Both the position numbers and the translations under genes were made by a program. DNA of 64,000 nucleotides from Chiloscyllium plagiosum (lineage: Eukaryota): assembly GCF_004010195.1 (NCBI RefSeq), contig NC_057718.1:79065852-79129851 (forward strand), in the 5' to 3' direction. Below are positions 13,921 through 27,519 of this stretch, one piece after another (the stretch's first letter is position 1; every line of letters starts with the position of its first letter). The notes below the pieces were generated by a model that was not told the origin of the DNA, ran no database searches, and worked only from the letters and a program-made list of their open reading frames with translations.

Positions 13921-14254
13921 CCCCAATAAATTTTAATTTTAACACTTAAAATCAGCATAACCCCATAAATGGTACTGCAAATAAAGTAATGTTGTGACAT
14001 ACACAACAGTAATAATTGTTTAGTGAGTTGTAGATCAATATTTAAAAATAAATGTCAAAATCTGTCATTTTTAATGTACTTCGTAAAACATGTTAATATT
14101 GTCATCTGAACTACTTAAGCTCATTGATCTCAGCTGGGAAGCAGTGGATGCAATTAACTCTTACACTCATCAATACTGATAAATAACTACATCACAGTAA
14201 GTTTCACTATAGGTCTTGACTTTAATCGGAGACAAGCCAGATTAACTTCTGAAC

Positions 14255-14770
14255 TGAAAACAAAAAATGCTGGAGATCACAGCAGGTCAGGCAACATCCA
14301 TGGAGAAAAAGTGAGCCAACGTTTCAAGTTTAAATGACTCTTCATTAGATCTGGTGAAGTGTTGAGGGGCAGCATTTATGCAATAGTGGGTGGGGAGGGG
14401 ATGTTGGAGTGTTGGAGGAGAAAGGATGTTGATAGTACAGATTAAGCGATTGAAATGTGAGAATGGCAGAACAGTGGTGTGTCTAACTGTCAGTATGGAA
14501 ACAACAGTGAGCCATACAGGGGTGGGGGAAGGGGAGAGAGGCTGACAGAGAATGTATCAAGCAAAACTAAAAGAAAGGCAAGGAATGGGTTCACAATTTG
14601 AAGGTGATGAACTCCGTATTGAGCCCAGGAGAATGTAAACTGCCCAGTTTGATATGAGATGTTTAGACAATGTTAGCTTGCTTTCTCTTCATGGCTGCTG
14701 CCTGACCATCTGTAATCTGCAGCATTTTTTTGTTTTCCGTTCAAATTGCAGCACCTGCAGTAAATTGTTC
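14255..14770. mobile_element. Penelope-like non-autonomous element with inverted termini
   Basis: aaaacaaaaaatgctggagatcacagcaggtcaggcaacatccatg at 14257 is inverted at about 14690-14737 (catggctgctgcctgaccatctgtaatctgcagcattttttgtttt). Confidence 0.6.
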
Positions 14771-15763
14771 CTTCAGATAAACTACTTTCAGCTGAAATCT
14801 AATAGTGGGAATTTAAGGAAATAGGTGCTACTTTCTGCAGCAAAGACAGCTTCCCAAAAACTGTTACCTATCTAGTGCAAGATTTAAGACATCTCATCTG
14901 GGCTGAAGAGGAACTTGGTGGGGATTGTCATAGTCCATGTAGGTACTACAACATAAGTGGGACTAACAAAGAGTTTCTCCTGAGGGGTTTTGAACAGCTC
15001 GGGGCTAAATTAAAAGGCAGAACCTCACAGGTGAAATTTCAGGAATATTGCCTGAGCCACATACTAATTAGCATAGGGTAAACAAGATTAGCAGGGTAAA
15101 TGCATGGCTCAAAGATTGATGTGGGTGAAAAAGGTTCTGATTTATCAGGTGCTAATACCAGTAATGGAGAAAAAGAGCTGTTATGTTGGGTTCATTTACA
15201 TTTCTCCAGCAATATGTGTTTGTATCAGACCTTCAACATCTGCAATTCTTTGTTTTTACAAAAATATTCTTGCTTTGGGAAGCCTCTGCTTTAAACCAAT
15301 TTTAAGTCTAAGTGCCTAGCTTGGACTGTGCTGTTCTAGAATCAGTAATCATGCTTCTGTTATAAATATGGTTGTAACTTTAATTTGCATAAATTTAATT
15401 TGCATAATTTTAAGTGTTGATCCATTCGCTGGCTAAATAGTTTTTGAAATTGTGTGAATTATGGTCAAATATTATGTATTTGTTTTAAAATCAAACTCTT
15501 TCAGATTTTAGTTCATCTGATGCCTTTTATAGGTTTTTTTTACTATATATGAAGAAGCTTTGTATTTTTTTCCACTGAAATCTTATTTCCCTTTTATTCA
15601 AAAGATGTTTCTTTCAAATGAAATTGATTTATTGTTGTATACTTCAGGAGTTGGCTGTGAATTAGGAGAAATTATAAATGACTCTACATTATAGTCTACT
15701 TGGCAGGTTTAAAGTGTTGAATGATTTGGAAATCACCTTGTAATTTTGTATTTCCCCAATTAG

Positions 15764-15880
15764 TGATATAGCTGGAATGTTACTGAAGTCCACTGGAGAG
15801 TTCTTAGATTCTGGACTTCAGCAAAGCTGTGATGAATTTTGGGCAAGTGCTGATGATAGTACTGCATCAGATGAAATCAG
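15764..15880 (+). CDS. MAP3K4: MAP3K4 coding exon (C-DIAGMLLKSTGEFL...ASDEI-R), phase 2-2
   Basis: aattag|T and AG|gtactt; 117 nt; TG+T joins to give Cys. Confidence 0.95.
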
Positions 15881-16236
15881 GTACTTATACAAATCTTTTA
15901 AAAATTACTATGCAAATATGTTCAGTGTTATGATTTATATGAATAGGTCAATTCTTTTAGCAGGATTTATTTAAGTTACCTTGAGTTTTCAAATTGAATT
16001 CCAACATGACTTGCATTACTGTACTAGCATAATAATATGAGTGAATGGATTTTACTTTGTTCTTGTTTTTGTAGTCATTTTCACTGAAGTTAGATGAGGT
16101 ACCAATGTTTAAAAAGACCCCAATCAAAATGGGGGAAACAGCAGGTAGAGACATACTGACCTAGAGAAAGGAAATTGCTTTAACTGATGCTGCTGTGTGT
16201 AAACTGATACACTTCTGACTACACTTTCTGTCGATA

Positions 16237-16926
16237 TTTTCTAATCGACTTGTTCAGAGATTTTATTACACACTTCTGGAGTAGTTGGACATAAAGCTGG
16301 GCTTCCTGGCCCAAAGGTAGGAACTCTATCACTGCACCACAAGAGCCCCCAGCACTTTCTGTAATATTTTAACTTGTGTTCCCTTGAGTCAGCAAACTAT
16401 TTTGGATATTTATTTTCTAATCAACCTTTTCAGAGCAGTTATTAAAAACCCCTAGAACTGGTAGGACTGGAACTCAGGCCTTCTGGCCTTCTGTTCTTCT
16501 GTTCTGACAGAAGAACCTTTGCATTTCCTTTATTTTAAATAGGACAGTGGCACACAGATGCTTTTTGGTGATGACAGTATTTAGGTAGACTTTCACAGTT
16601 TTACATTTCCTGAACTTCCTCTTTAGATTGGGATTTCTGTAAGACTAAGTGATTAATTTATCCTTGAAACACTTTGTTCCAAGATACGTTTTTCTGCTTT
16701 TCTTTCAAAAATTCTCTTGAAGCACAGTTTTATTATCTTGCTTGATTACACCCAAATTGAGAAGTGTCTTAAAATAATTATATTTAACTTTAGAGGGATT
16801 TAATGTTAGATGTTTTCTAATCCGTCTGTTCAGAGATATGATTACATACTTCATAGAGTAGGTGGGACTTTAGCCCAACTTTTAGTTCAGAGACAGGGAT
16901 ACTACCGCTCCACCGCAAGAGCCCCT
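16237..16926 (-). mobile_element. Three short tRNA-derived SINE-like copies (about 16237-16350, 16413-16490, 16813-16926)
   Basis: Each starts ttttctaatc...ttcagag; the reverse complement has an A-box-like tgtggtgcagtg. A related + copy is at about 2908-3030. Confidence 0.6.
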
Positions 16927-17112
16927 GGGATATAAAGTTAGAGCTTTGTAAGAGTTATTTGAAAAGATTCATTAACTCTCATTTGCTTATAGGTGTGAGC
17001 TGCACCTCACTTGTACTGCTCACATCTCTCAATCGGACACCTGAGATTACCATTCCAGTGCAGGACTGAGAAGGTTGCACTGCCATAGCTGTAATCCTTG
17101 GATTTTGAAGGA

Positions 17113-17544
17113 TATTGCCAGAGTTGGAGGATTTGAACTATAGGGAGAGATTGAATAGGCTGGGGCTGTTTTTCCTGGAGCGTCGGAGGCTTATAGAGGT
17201 TTATAAAATCATGAGGGTCATGGATAGGATCAGTAGACAAAGTTCGTTCCCTGGGATCGGGGAGTACAGAACTAGAGGGCACAGGTTTAGGGTGAGAGGG
17301 GAAGGATATAAAAGAGACCTAAGGGGCAATTTTTTTCACACAGGGTGGTACGTGTATGGAATGAGCTGCCAGAGGAAGTGGTGCAACGTTTAAAAGGCAT
17401 CTGAATTGGTATATGAATAGGAAGAGTTTAGAGGGATATGGGATGGGTGCTGACTGGTGGGGCAAGATTGGTTTGGGATACCTGGTCGGCGTGGATGAGT
17501 TAGACCAAAGGGTTTGTTTCTGTGTTGTACATCTCTATGACTCT
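17113..17544 (+). mobile_element. CR1 LINE 3' fragment
   Basis: ORF 17115..17393 (YRERLNRLGLFFLERRRLIEVYKIM...TRGH); tail catctctatgactct. Confidence 0.9.
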
Positions 17545-18870
17545 AAGAAGTAAATACTTGAAGAAGGCCATGAGAGTTCGCCCCAGTATAATGATTCATA
17601 TTGATTTTTTTTTTAAATGACATGTTATCAAAGCTTTTTGTCTTCCAATTATGAAAATTTGCAAGAGTACCAATTTCGGGGGGGAAATCCAACCTTTGTG
17701 TTGTATAGTGCTGGTTGGTTTTACAGGTGGACTCTGAAGGTATTGGCAAGGGGAATGTACCCATTAATGCTACTCCACAGTTAAAATTTAAATTTAAATC
17801 GGACAGGTTGATTATAATTGGCTAGGACATTGCCCTGAGAAATGAACCAGAGTATACCTATCAACTTTTTTAAGTTAAAAAGAGTGCAGTGTGTGTACAT
17901 CCTTTCTGTCTACAAAGAAGAGGGCCTTGTGAGTTAATATGTGTTGCTTCCATACTGCATGCCTAATGCATGATCCTAAATTGATTGCTAGCATAATTCT
18001 TTGTGCATGAAATGATGTTTTCTTGCTGAGCATGACTTGTTGCGTTGATATGTCTACTAAGAAATCCTAAAATTAAAAAAAAGTTAGAAGGAACAAAATC
18101 AACAAACATTAATCTCTATATTCCATGGACTAAAACACCAGATTATGAAATGATTTGGATTCTGTGTGTTATCATTAGATCTCACTAATTGTGGTGCTAT
18201 GTAAAGTTGCTTTATTCAGTTCTCTTTTTTTCCTCATCGTTGTTTGGAATTTCCCACAAGGTTCTTTTCTCTCTGTAGCCTAATCTAATTGATCTTCACA
18301 GCATATATAATGAAATTATTTTTGACTTAATTTCTTGACTGTTGTTTTTGAAAGTGTCCAGTTGTGTGTTGCCATTTACAATTCATATAGCTGGACGGAC
18401 AAATTCCGCATTCCCAATGATAATTTTTCAAATCTGTTTGTGTTGATTTGACTGAGAAGGAAATAGAAACCAGACAAGTCCTGTCCTGACAAGTTTATCA
18501 TCACCTGCTTAATTATTGTAAATGTAGAGGGAGAGCAGATTCTTTCTAGGATTGGGCTCAGAAAAGGAAGAGAGATGAAAAGTTAATGCAAATTTGTAAA
18601 GTAGTTTATGTCAAGCTGTATAAATTTTTTGTATATTAAAGCAATTGAAGGATGTAAAGCAGTTACATTAGTGATTTCAAAAGAACATAATTAAGATAAG
18701 TTTTTGGGACTTTCTGAAGGTACTACATAATCTTTTGTCCCCTTCGAAGTAGTGAAAAACTGGGTTGTTTAAAAGGTTTGAGAGTGCGAGATTGATATTA
18801 TTTTCTTTTCCTCCTTTATTGATTTTGTGCAATTAGTGATTTTCTAAAAAATATATCATTGTCTTTACAG

Positions 18871-18970
18871 AAGGTCTGTTATCGAGACTAGTCGCGCATT
18901 AAAAGAGCTCTTTCATGAAGCTCGGGAGAGAGCATCCAAAGCTCTAGGATTTGCTAAAATGCTAAGAAAG
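18871..18970 (+). CDS. MAP3K4: MAP3K4 coding exon (RSVIETSRALKELFHEARERASKALGFAKMLRK), phase 2-0
   Basis: ttacag|A and AAG|gtaata; 100 nt, hand-translated. Confidence 0.95.
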
Positions 18971-19104
18971 GTAATATATATGTACATACATACATACAGC
19001 ATTTGTGAAACACACGTTGCTGTGGTGTAGTAAAATATTCCATTTTTCTTTTTGTAGAGAATGTATAAATTTGCCACAAGTAAAGCTCCATTTTTCTTAT
19101 TTAG

Positions 19105-19188
19105 GACCTAGAAATAGCAGCAGAATTTACTTTGTCAGCTCCTGTGCCAGAAGTTTTGGAAGCTCTTAAAACAAAAAAATATGTCCAG
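19105..19188 (+). CDS. MAP3K4: MAP3K4 coding exon (DLEIAAEFTLSAPVPEVLEALKTKKYVQ), phase 0-0
   Basis: atttag|GAC and CAG|gtaaca; 84 nt; preceded by a 134-nt intron. Confidence 0.93.
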
Positions 19189-19949
19189 GTAACATTTTTA
19201 TTTTGAAAGTTGTGTGTCAATTTCCATATTGAAACTGAGATGCATTTACAGTCATGGAACATTAACTTAAGAGGAAGAGATTCTTGGTTTCTCGCATTTA
19301 GCTGAGAGAGCTGATAATATGTTCAAAAACTTAAAACTGAGGCAATGTGAATTTAATGTTGTCGATCCAATGATGTATTTGGTTATCCAGTATTTGTTTA
19401 CAGAGTTGTCAATGAAGCCAAGGTTGGTTTTGTTCTAATTTTAAAGTTTTATTTTCATATTTGTTTGATTATCTGCACCCATTCCTAGTTGTTTTTTGAA
19501 CATTTTAAAAATAATTTAAACACTTTGAATACTACAGTTTAACACTCAGATTGATATTATGAAATATTATGCATTTTTTAGCTTAACTACTTTGACATGC
19601 TTCATTTTGACCACACGTTGCATGATCTTTGTAGATGAAACATTCTATCTGCAGCATTAACATATATGTACATGTATCTGATAAAAGTTATGTATGATAT
19701 CTTCAATGTGTACACCAAATTTGAATGTGGCATTTATTATGTGGAACTTCTTTCTTTTAACCTGTAGTTTGTAGAGTTGTAAACAGTGATATTTATTCCA
19801 GTATCCAGAAGAGTTTTATTGATAAACTAAGCTCTGCAATGACTTTTTGTAGCCAAGCATATGTCTCATTCATTCTCCACAACAGCTAAAAATATTTGAG
19901 AACAAAGTGAATACAAACATTCTCAAAAAATGAAAATGTATATTTACAG

Positions 19950-20210
19950 AATGAGAGTGATTTTAAAAAACATTTGAGGGCCAAATCTTTTACACAGTGG
20001 ATGGTTCGCGTGAGGAATGAAATTCGTGATGAAATGGTGGATACGAGCACAGTTATGACGTTTAAAAGACAGTTGCATAAATACATGAATTGAAAATGTT
20101 TGATGGGATATGAACCAGGAGCAGGCAGGTGGGACTAGTTTAGTTTGGGATTATCTTCAGCATGGACTGGTTGGACCAAAGGGTCTGTTTCTGTGCTGTA
20201 TAACTCTATA
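19950..20210 (+). mobile_element. CR1 LINE 3' end
   Basis: Closely similar to 4300-4548. Confidence 0.85.
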
Positions 20211-21459
20211 TAAGATTTCTTCCTTTTAGGCTTAACTTGGGTTCCAAACAGAAATTACGCTCTGGTCCCAGAATTTGTTAGTTAAGTTGGTTTTTATGTC
20301 CTAATGTTTTGTTGGAACTCTATTGGGAGAATTCACATGTGCACTTTGTGCTTATAACCTAGTGTGTGCCACTTTCAGTACCAACCTCTGATGTGCTTTC
20401 CCCTCTTCTTGAAATATAAGCATTGCATCCTTAGTTCAAGCTGCATATCTTCATTCTTGTCACAGTCCTAGGCATTATCTGTACTGGTGGAGACTAATGG
20501 GATGTTAACAGACCACATTCTCGTCCAACCCTGTCTCAGTGTCCCAGAACCAATCTCCAAATCTAGTGGGTATTCCATTGTGCCTCTGGCAGGTTTTCTC
20601 ACTTTCCTGTTTCCCCTCAGCAATTTCCTGCTTCAGCTCCTTGTTGTTATGAGTTATGTGAGCCCTTTAGATGGACCACCCGATCCAGTATCCAGCTCAA
20701 ACATTTTACATTTTGCCTATCTCTTCTACTATTTGCCTTTATGTTGCAAAAATTCATATAGCTGGTCTCTAGAATGTTTTTAGAAGAATGAGAAGTGATC
20801 TAATTGAAATATACAATTCCTAAAGGGCTTCATGAAAGGTACTTTTTCCCCCAGGTTGGGAAATCTAGAACTGGATCACAGTATCAGAACAAGGGTTTGG
20901 CAATTTTTGAGATGAGAATTACTTAATTCAGAACTTCGCTATTTTCAACCTTTGAGCATCTATAGATGCTCAACTATTGAGTATGTTGAAGACAGAAGCC
21001 AATAGACTTTTAGTATAAGGCTAAATGAGAAGAGTGCAGGAATCAATATTTGAGGTAGAAGATCTTGTTGAATAGGGGAACAGACTCAAAAGGGTAAGTA
21101 ATGCACTCCTCGTTCCTTATGTTAGGGTGTGCAGCTTTCTACAAACAATGGTTATTTTAAAACTAATGAGATAATTCTGTACGAGGTAAAAAAAAACCTG
21201 TACATCAGTCAGAGAATTTTCATTTCTCGGTTGATAGAGAAAAAGCCGGTCTGTTGGAGGATTTTCTGTGGAGTCCTCTTTTCATCCTCCTTTCGTGGTT
21301 GGGTGGATAGCTGAACCTCATCTTCCATGTTCATTTAGCTCTTTCCATTGTGGTTCACTCTGTGGTTTTGTACAGCAGCAGCTTACTCCAGTAATTCCAT
21401 TGATTCACAGGCCAAACTGGGAGAACGGTACCTTGCAGTGTATCTAGACCCCACTAAAT

Positions 21460-24050
21460 TGCAAAAGGGTTATGGTGTGGAAGGAGGCCATTCAGCCCAT
21501 CGACTCTTCTCTGGACTTTCAAATGAGCATTGTGACTTGGTGCCATTCTCGTGCCTTTTCCCCATATCTTTACAGATTGTGCCTATCTTAGCAACCCTCT
21601 ACCATTCTCTTGAATGCTTTAATGGAACATGGCTCTATCACACTTCCACGCAGTACATTCCAGACCAAAAATCACTCATTGTGTGAAAAAGATTTTTTCT
21701 CAATCACACTTCAAAGGCATTTGGATGGGTATATGAATAGGAAGGGTTTGGAGGGATATGGGCTGGGTGCTGGCAGGTGGAACTAAATTGGGTTGGGATA
21801 TCTGATCGGCATGGATAGGTTGGACCGAAGGGTCTGTTTCCAAGCCGTACATCTCTGACTGTATGTTACATTTGCAAATCAATTCAAATCTGTGGCCCCT
21901 TATTCTTAATCATTTTGGAACTGGGAATTGTTTCTCCCGATCTACTCTATCCAAACCACTCATAACTTTGAAAACCTCTATCGGATATCTTCTTCGCTGT
22001 ATTTCTCCAAGGTGAACAGTCTTCATATGAAAAATTTCTCATTTCTCGAGCCATCCTTCTCTGAGCATTCTCCAGAGCATTAGCACATTTCCTATAATAT
22101 GGTGCACACAACTGAGCTGAAGTCTAACAAATAACTTGTGCAAGTTCAACATCACCTCCTTGCTCTTTTATTCAGTGCCCACCCCTTTTAAAATTGCACC
22201 CCTTATTTTATGTCTGTCCATGTTCTTCCTATCAAGATATATTACACCTATCTGCATTGAGCATGATCTGCTGCCACTCTGCCAACTTGTCTTTTAGAAG
22301 TTTGTCACTGTCGTCCTCAATGTACAGTGCTTCCAGATTTGCTATTATCTGCAAACCTGAAAATTGTATCTTGCACACTAATATCTACATCATTAATGTA
22401 TATTAGAAAAAGCAAGAGTCCTGATCTCTATCTTTGGGGAGCACTACTACAAACCTTTTCTCCAGCCTGAAACATATCCATTAAATGTTACACTGTTTTT
22501 CCTATCAATCAACCAATTTTGTATATGTGTAGCTATTATCCCTTTATTCTATGAGCTAGAACTTTTCTCTCAAGTCTGCAGCACTGTATTGGATGTGCTG
22601 TGGAGATCCATGTACACTAGATCAATAGCATTTCCATCATTAGCCCTTTCTGTTACCTCCAAAAAAAATCCAGCAAGTTAGTTCATTACAATTTCCCCTT
22701 TAGCGATTCATGCTGGCTCTTCCTAGTCAATCCACCTTTATCCAAGTGACTACTTTTTTAAATTCACTCCGGGATCCATCCCAACTCATTCTTTCTCGAA
22801 GTTTCCTCATCATTGAAATTAAACTGGCTGGTCTGTGTGTTTGCTAGGCTATCCTTTCGATCTTTCTTGTGCAAGGGCGTGATGTTTGCAGTTGTCCAAT
22901 TTTCTGGCACCTCCCCAAGTCCAGGAAAGATTGAAAGATTATGGCCTATGTCCCTGCAATTTCCACACACACTCTTCCTTCGTTATCCTTGGTTACATGT
23001 CACCAGGTCCTGGTGCCCTGTAAACTTTTAAGTACTATCATTATCTTGTAAATCTGAGTAGTAACAATCTGTGCCTATAATTCTCCATCTTATTTGCTAT
23101 ATTCCATGCATTCACATACGTGCACGCTAAATCTGATTTAGACTTCTTTACTTTCTCTGACTAAACTTATTAACTTAATATTCTCTATGCTAGTGTTAGA
23201 TATCTCTTAGTATTTTGTGAACTTTGGTAGTTCTCTCTCATACTTTTCCTTGGTTCTGACACTCCTACCAAGTTAGTTGAAAACCCTCCCACCAGGAAAA
23301 TGCCTCGCATGGAACTCGGTGCAGTTCTGTTCAGGTGCACCTGTTTGGCTTGTCCACCCAGAGCCTATCCACAGAATCTGGAGCCCTGACTCCTCCATCA
23401 ACTTTGCAGCTGCACGCTCTTCTGTTTCATCCTCCTCCTCCTGTACTCACACGTAGCATTGAAAGTAATCTGAAAGTTATTACGTTTTATGTCTTGCTTG
23501 CTTGTATTCTAAGTAGCTTCCTAAACTGATTGCAGGACCACATTCCTTCTGGCTGTTCACACTTCCCAGAAGAATGTCCTCTCTGACATCTTTGACACCA
23601 GGGAGACGTCATACCATTCTAAAGTCACATCCATGACACCTGTCTGTTTTCCTAACTAATTAATCACCTATCGCAGTTGATCTTATTTTCTTCTTCCTTC
23701 CCTCCAGTATAGCTGAACTGCTTATGGTGCCACAAATGTGGCTCTGACTGCATTTCCTTGAGGAACTAGCACCCTTCAGCTTTTAAAATGGAAAATTGAT
23801 TTGCATGTTGGACCCCATGGCTCCTGCACTATATACTTGTTTCTCTTGGATTGCCTGGTTGTCACCCATTCCCTTTTGGCCTTCAGGCCCTTGACCACTT
23901 CTCTGAATGTGCTATCCACATACATCTCGATGTTGTGGATATGCTACTTGCCTCAAGCTGCCACTCAGGCTGTCAAACCTGTGGCTCAATAGTGCTTCCT
24001 GGACATGTGATTTGCAAGGACACCAGTAAGGTTTGTGACTTCCCACCTAT
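21460..24050 (-). mobile_element. Long decayed CR1 (3' end, RT and probable ORF1 remnants) with a + strand CR1 3' end nested at about 21705-21862
   Basis: Minus-strand ORF 22764..22970 (GEVPENWTTANITPLHKK, cf. CR1 VPEDWRIANVTPLFKK). Confidence 0.65.
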
Positions 24051-24929
24051 TAGAATAGAATAGAATCCCTGTGGTATGGAAGCAGGCTGTTTGGCCTATT
24101 GAGACCACACCAAACTCTGCACATACCTCCCAGACCTGAACTACCACTCATTCTACTTGACTGAGCTATATGCTTTATTTTAATTTTATTTCCCTCACGT
24201 TCACTTTATTCTGCTTTTTAATACTTATTATATTAGTCCTGACTTTCCCTTATTCTGCCTTATCCCTGATGCTTCTCAGTTGAATCCAATTACCTTTCTC
24301 AAGAACACAAAAGCAACCGCTTGAGTGGGTGCAGCAGTGGTAATGGTATTCCTTTACTAATTCTGCGAGCAGTCACGTGCTATCTGTAAGCTTTATCTGT
24401 ACAGGTACAGAAGGTCCTGCAGATCATCCACTGCAGTCGTTTGATCTCCGGTTGTTTTGCCAAACTGCTCTGAGCAGATGTACAAGATTTTGATAATGTG
24501 ACTCTTGCTGATCTGGGAGTTATTCAGATCCCTATATCATGGGCTGTTATCAATCTAAAATCTCTACACTGGGATTTAACACTTTTATTGATAGCATACA
24601 CCATGTGAGAAAGGAATGATCATGTAGGTCAGAGAACCCCTACAGTGTTGAAGCAGGCCATTCAGCCCATTGAATTCACACTGCCCCTTTGAAGAAGAAA
24701 CCTATGCAGATACGGCAGAATGTGCAAACTCCACACAGGAACCATACCTGGGGCCCTGGCGCTTTGAGGCAGCAATGTTCACCATTCCGCCACTGTGTTG
24801 CTCATAATTATCTTTTGACTAACAATAGTTATGGTTATGTGACTAATTTGTTCTAATGTTACTTTGAATGACAAATAATGTTGGGTCCTGGATGAATAAA
24901 GTTTTGTATAGGAAACACTTTTGATCCTA

Positions 24930-25297
24930 ATAATTTGATAAGTCATGAGGAGCATGGATAGGATGATCAATCAAGATCTTTTCCCTGGATTAGGGGAGTC
25001 AAAAATTAGAGGACCTAGGTTTAAGTGAGAGGGGAAAGATTTAAAAGGCAACTAAGGGGCAACTTTTTCACACAGAGGATGGTGTGTGTCTGGAATAAGT
25101 CTGCCACACGAAGTAGTGGAGGCTGGTACAATTAAGTATTTAAAAGGCATCTGGATGGGATACATGAATATGAATGCTTTAGGGGGATATGGGCCAAATG
25201 CTGTCAAATGGGACTAGATTGATTCAGGATTACTGGTCAGCATGGACGAATTGTACTGAAGGGTTTGTTTTCCATGCTGTACATCTCTATGACTCTA
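24930..25297 (+). mobile_element. CR1 3' fragment ending about 47 nt upstream of the exon at 25344
   Basis: Typical CR1 3' end with tail catctctatgactct. Confidence 0.85.
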
Positions 25298-25343
25298 AGT
25301 GGCTGATACGAGTGTAACTTCAATGCCATTCTTTTCCTTTCAG

Positions 25344-25610
25344 GTTCAAATCCCTGGTCTAGAGAACCTGCATATTTTTGTTTCATTTGAGCTTGCAGAG
25401 CGAAAGTCTCAAATACTTCAGCTGCTTAGTGCGACAGCTGGCAAGGACTGCTCAAAGGAATCCGATGAATCAGTGGATGAAGCTTGTTTGCTTCTCATAA
25501 AAGATGACCCTAAGGATAAAGAGCAGGAAGATAATTGGAAATTGTGGGGAGGCCAGTCAATCAAAGTACTGCCACAGGTAGAAACTATGGATACATTAAG
25601 AAGTATGGAG
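25344..25610 (+). CDS. MAP3K4: MAP3K4 coding exon (VQIPGLENL...VETMDTLRSME), phase 0-0
   Basis: tttcag|GTT and GAG|gtatgt; 267 nt; inside ORF 25299..25643. Confidence 0.95.
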
Positions 25611-27519
25611 GTATGTGTCTTAAAATTAAACATGCATCACTAGTTTGAAAATTGTTTGCAATCGTTTCAAAGCATCTCATAAAATATGCCATGTACTTTA
25701 ATCAATAGACTATAAAATGGATTAAATAAAGGATACAATTAGTTAAAATATTATCAGCTTTTATGCCTTTAATGTCATGAAGTATTTAGAGGTGCTTCCT
25801 AGGAGCATTAAGCAGCAAGGAAAGGAAAAGGGGTGATAAGCTCGGCAGTGGTGAGGGCAGAATTCAAGTTTGTGAACTTAATTAACACTAGTAAATTTCT
25901 GCATGATTTTTATTGGTGATCTGGAGTTTGAAGTGCGGTGGTGCTGATTAGTTGTTAGTCTGGATTGTAATTTTCAGTTTAATGCTCTTTAGGCAAATAC
26001 AAATAAATATAGCTACTTAGAAATTGCTGAAGCTGATTAAAGAGCATTGGAATGTGGAGGCCGTGATGGTAGAGAAAGGAATAGGCTTGTTGAGGATGGC
26101 TATGCTGTAGTGGAACTAGATTACACAGTGTAGTGTGGGAGGAACTGAAGCTCTGAGGGTCTTTTGGAGATTGGAAACACGTGATTTATGTACTGTGGGG
26201 AGGAACTAGATTCTGAGTCACTGGTAGGTGCAGAGGAAAAGGAAGAACAGTACTGAGTAATCATCTGATGTGAAAAGGAATTTCTGTCATATTGTGTTAG
26301 AGATGAAGATGTAGGAGAGCAAATAGAGAAATGGTATGGAGTGGAGGTAGATTTGGAAGAGAAATATTGAAGCCCACTGAAGGAAGTAGAAAGGATAGAG
26401 GGAGTGATTCAGTATAACTTAAAGGCCAAGGGATTTAGAAATTTTTAGGTTCACTTTCATAAAGTATGTTACCAAATTTGTGTGTCTCTTTTGTCTGCTT
26501 TAATTCTTATTCCTGTTCCCTTAAATTCCTTCTGTTTATTTCTTCACACCTACAACCCACATTCTGACCTTCAGCTCTCTATTCCCATTTTGTTCTTTGG
26601 CTCATCCTTCTTCTCACCCAAATTCTTCCCAAGGCCTGTGCCTTTTTGTTACCCATCCCTTCTCCAAAAAAAGTATGTGGAACAGCTCATATGAAAGGAC
26701 TGAAGTGAGCACATAAGCAGGCCAGGTAACATTGAAGCTGAATAAATGAACCAGTAAATTTCTAGGTAAATGAGCAAGCAGGCAGGCTCTGATAATGCTA
26801 GAGTGCTAATCTCTGAATCATTCCCAGTGTCATGCTTGTATGAAGGTAGGGACTATCAGTGTGTTATTTGAGCATGAGGTAGGAGAGCAGATTTCACATT
26901 CTTGGTATGTTGGGAATAGTTCTGAAGCACGAGCCACCTAACCAAAAGGATTGGGAAAAATGGGACCAATATGTTCAGCGTGGTCCACTTATGTAGCTTT
27001 TTAAGTAAATTGGTTGGAAAGTTCAGAACCTCGTATGGGAAGAAATGGAGACTAGGGTCCATGAAGGACAGTCTGTGTAGAGAGGTAAGTGAAGTAATAT
27101 CATATTAGGAAGGAATGGTCTAAAAAGAGCTGTGAAGGATGTGAAATAAAGTGTAAAATATATACGTAAATATACAAAGTATGAAGAATAGGTTGGTGAA
27201 CTGGAAACAACTGTATAGGGTATGATGTAATGGCAATACTGTGGTTTGGATTAAAAGTGGTGAGGAGTGCCTGCCTTTAGAAGAAGGGGAAATGGGGCAG
27301 TAGTACTGATTAGGGTTGACATTATAGTGTTGGAAAGAGAAGATCTTCTCAACATTTCCAAACAATGTCCTTTGCACATACTCAACCCTATGAAGTGTCA
27401 TTTCTGACTTTGTTTAATTTCTTACTTAACTGACTCTTTCTAGTTTTAATAACTGAGAGACTTCTATCCAGTTTGATGGCATAAATATTTTTTGAGTTCT
27501 GACAGCTTGAAAACTCTAT

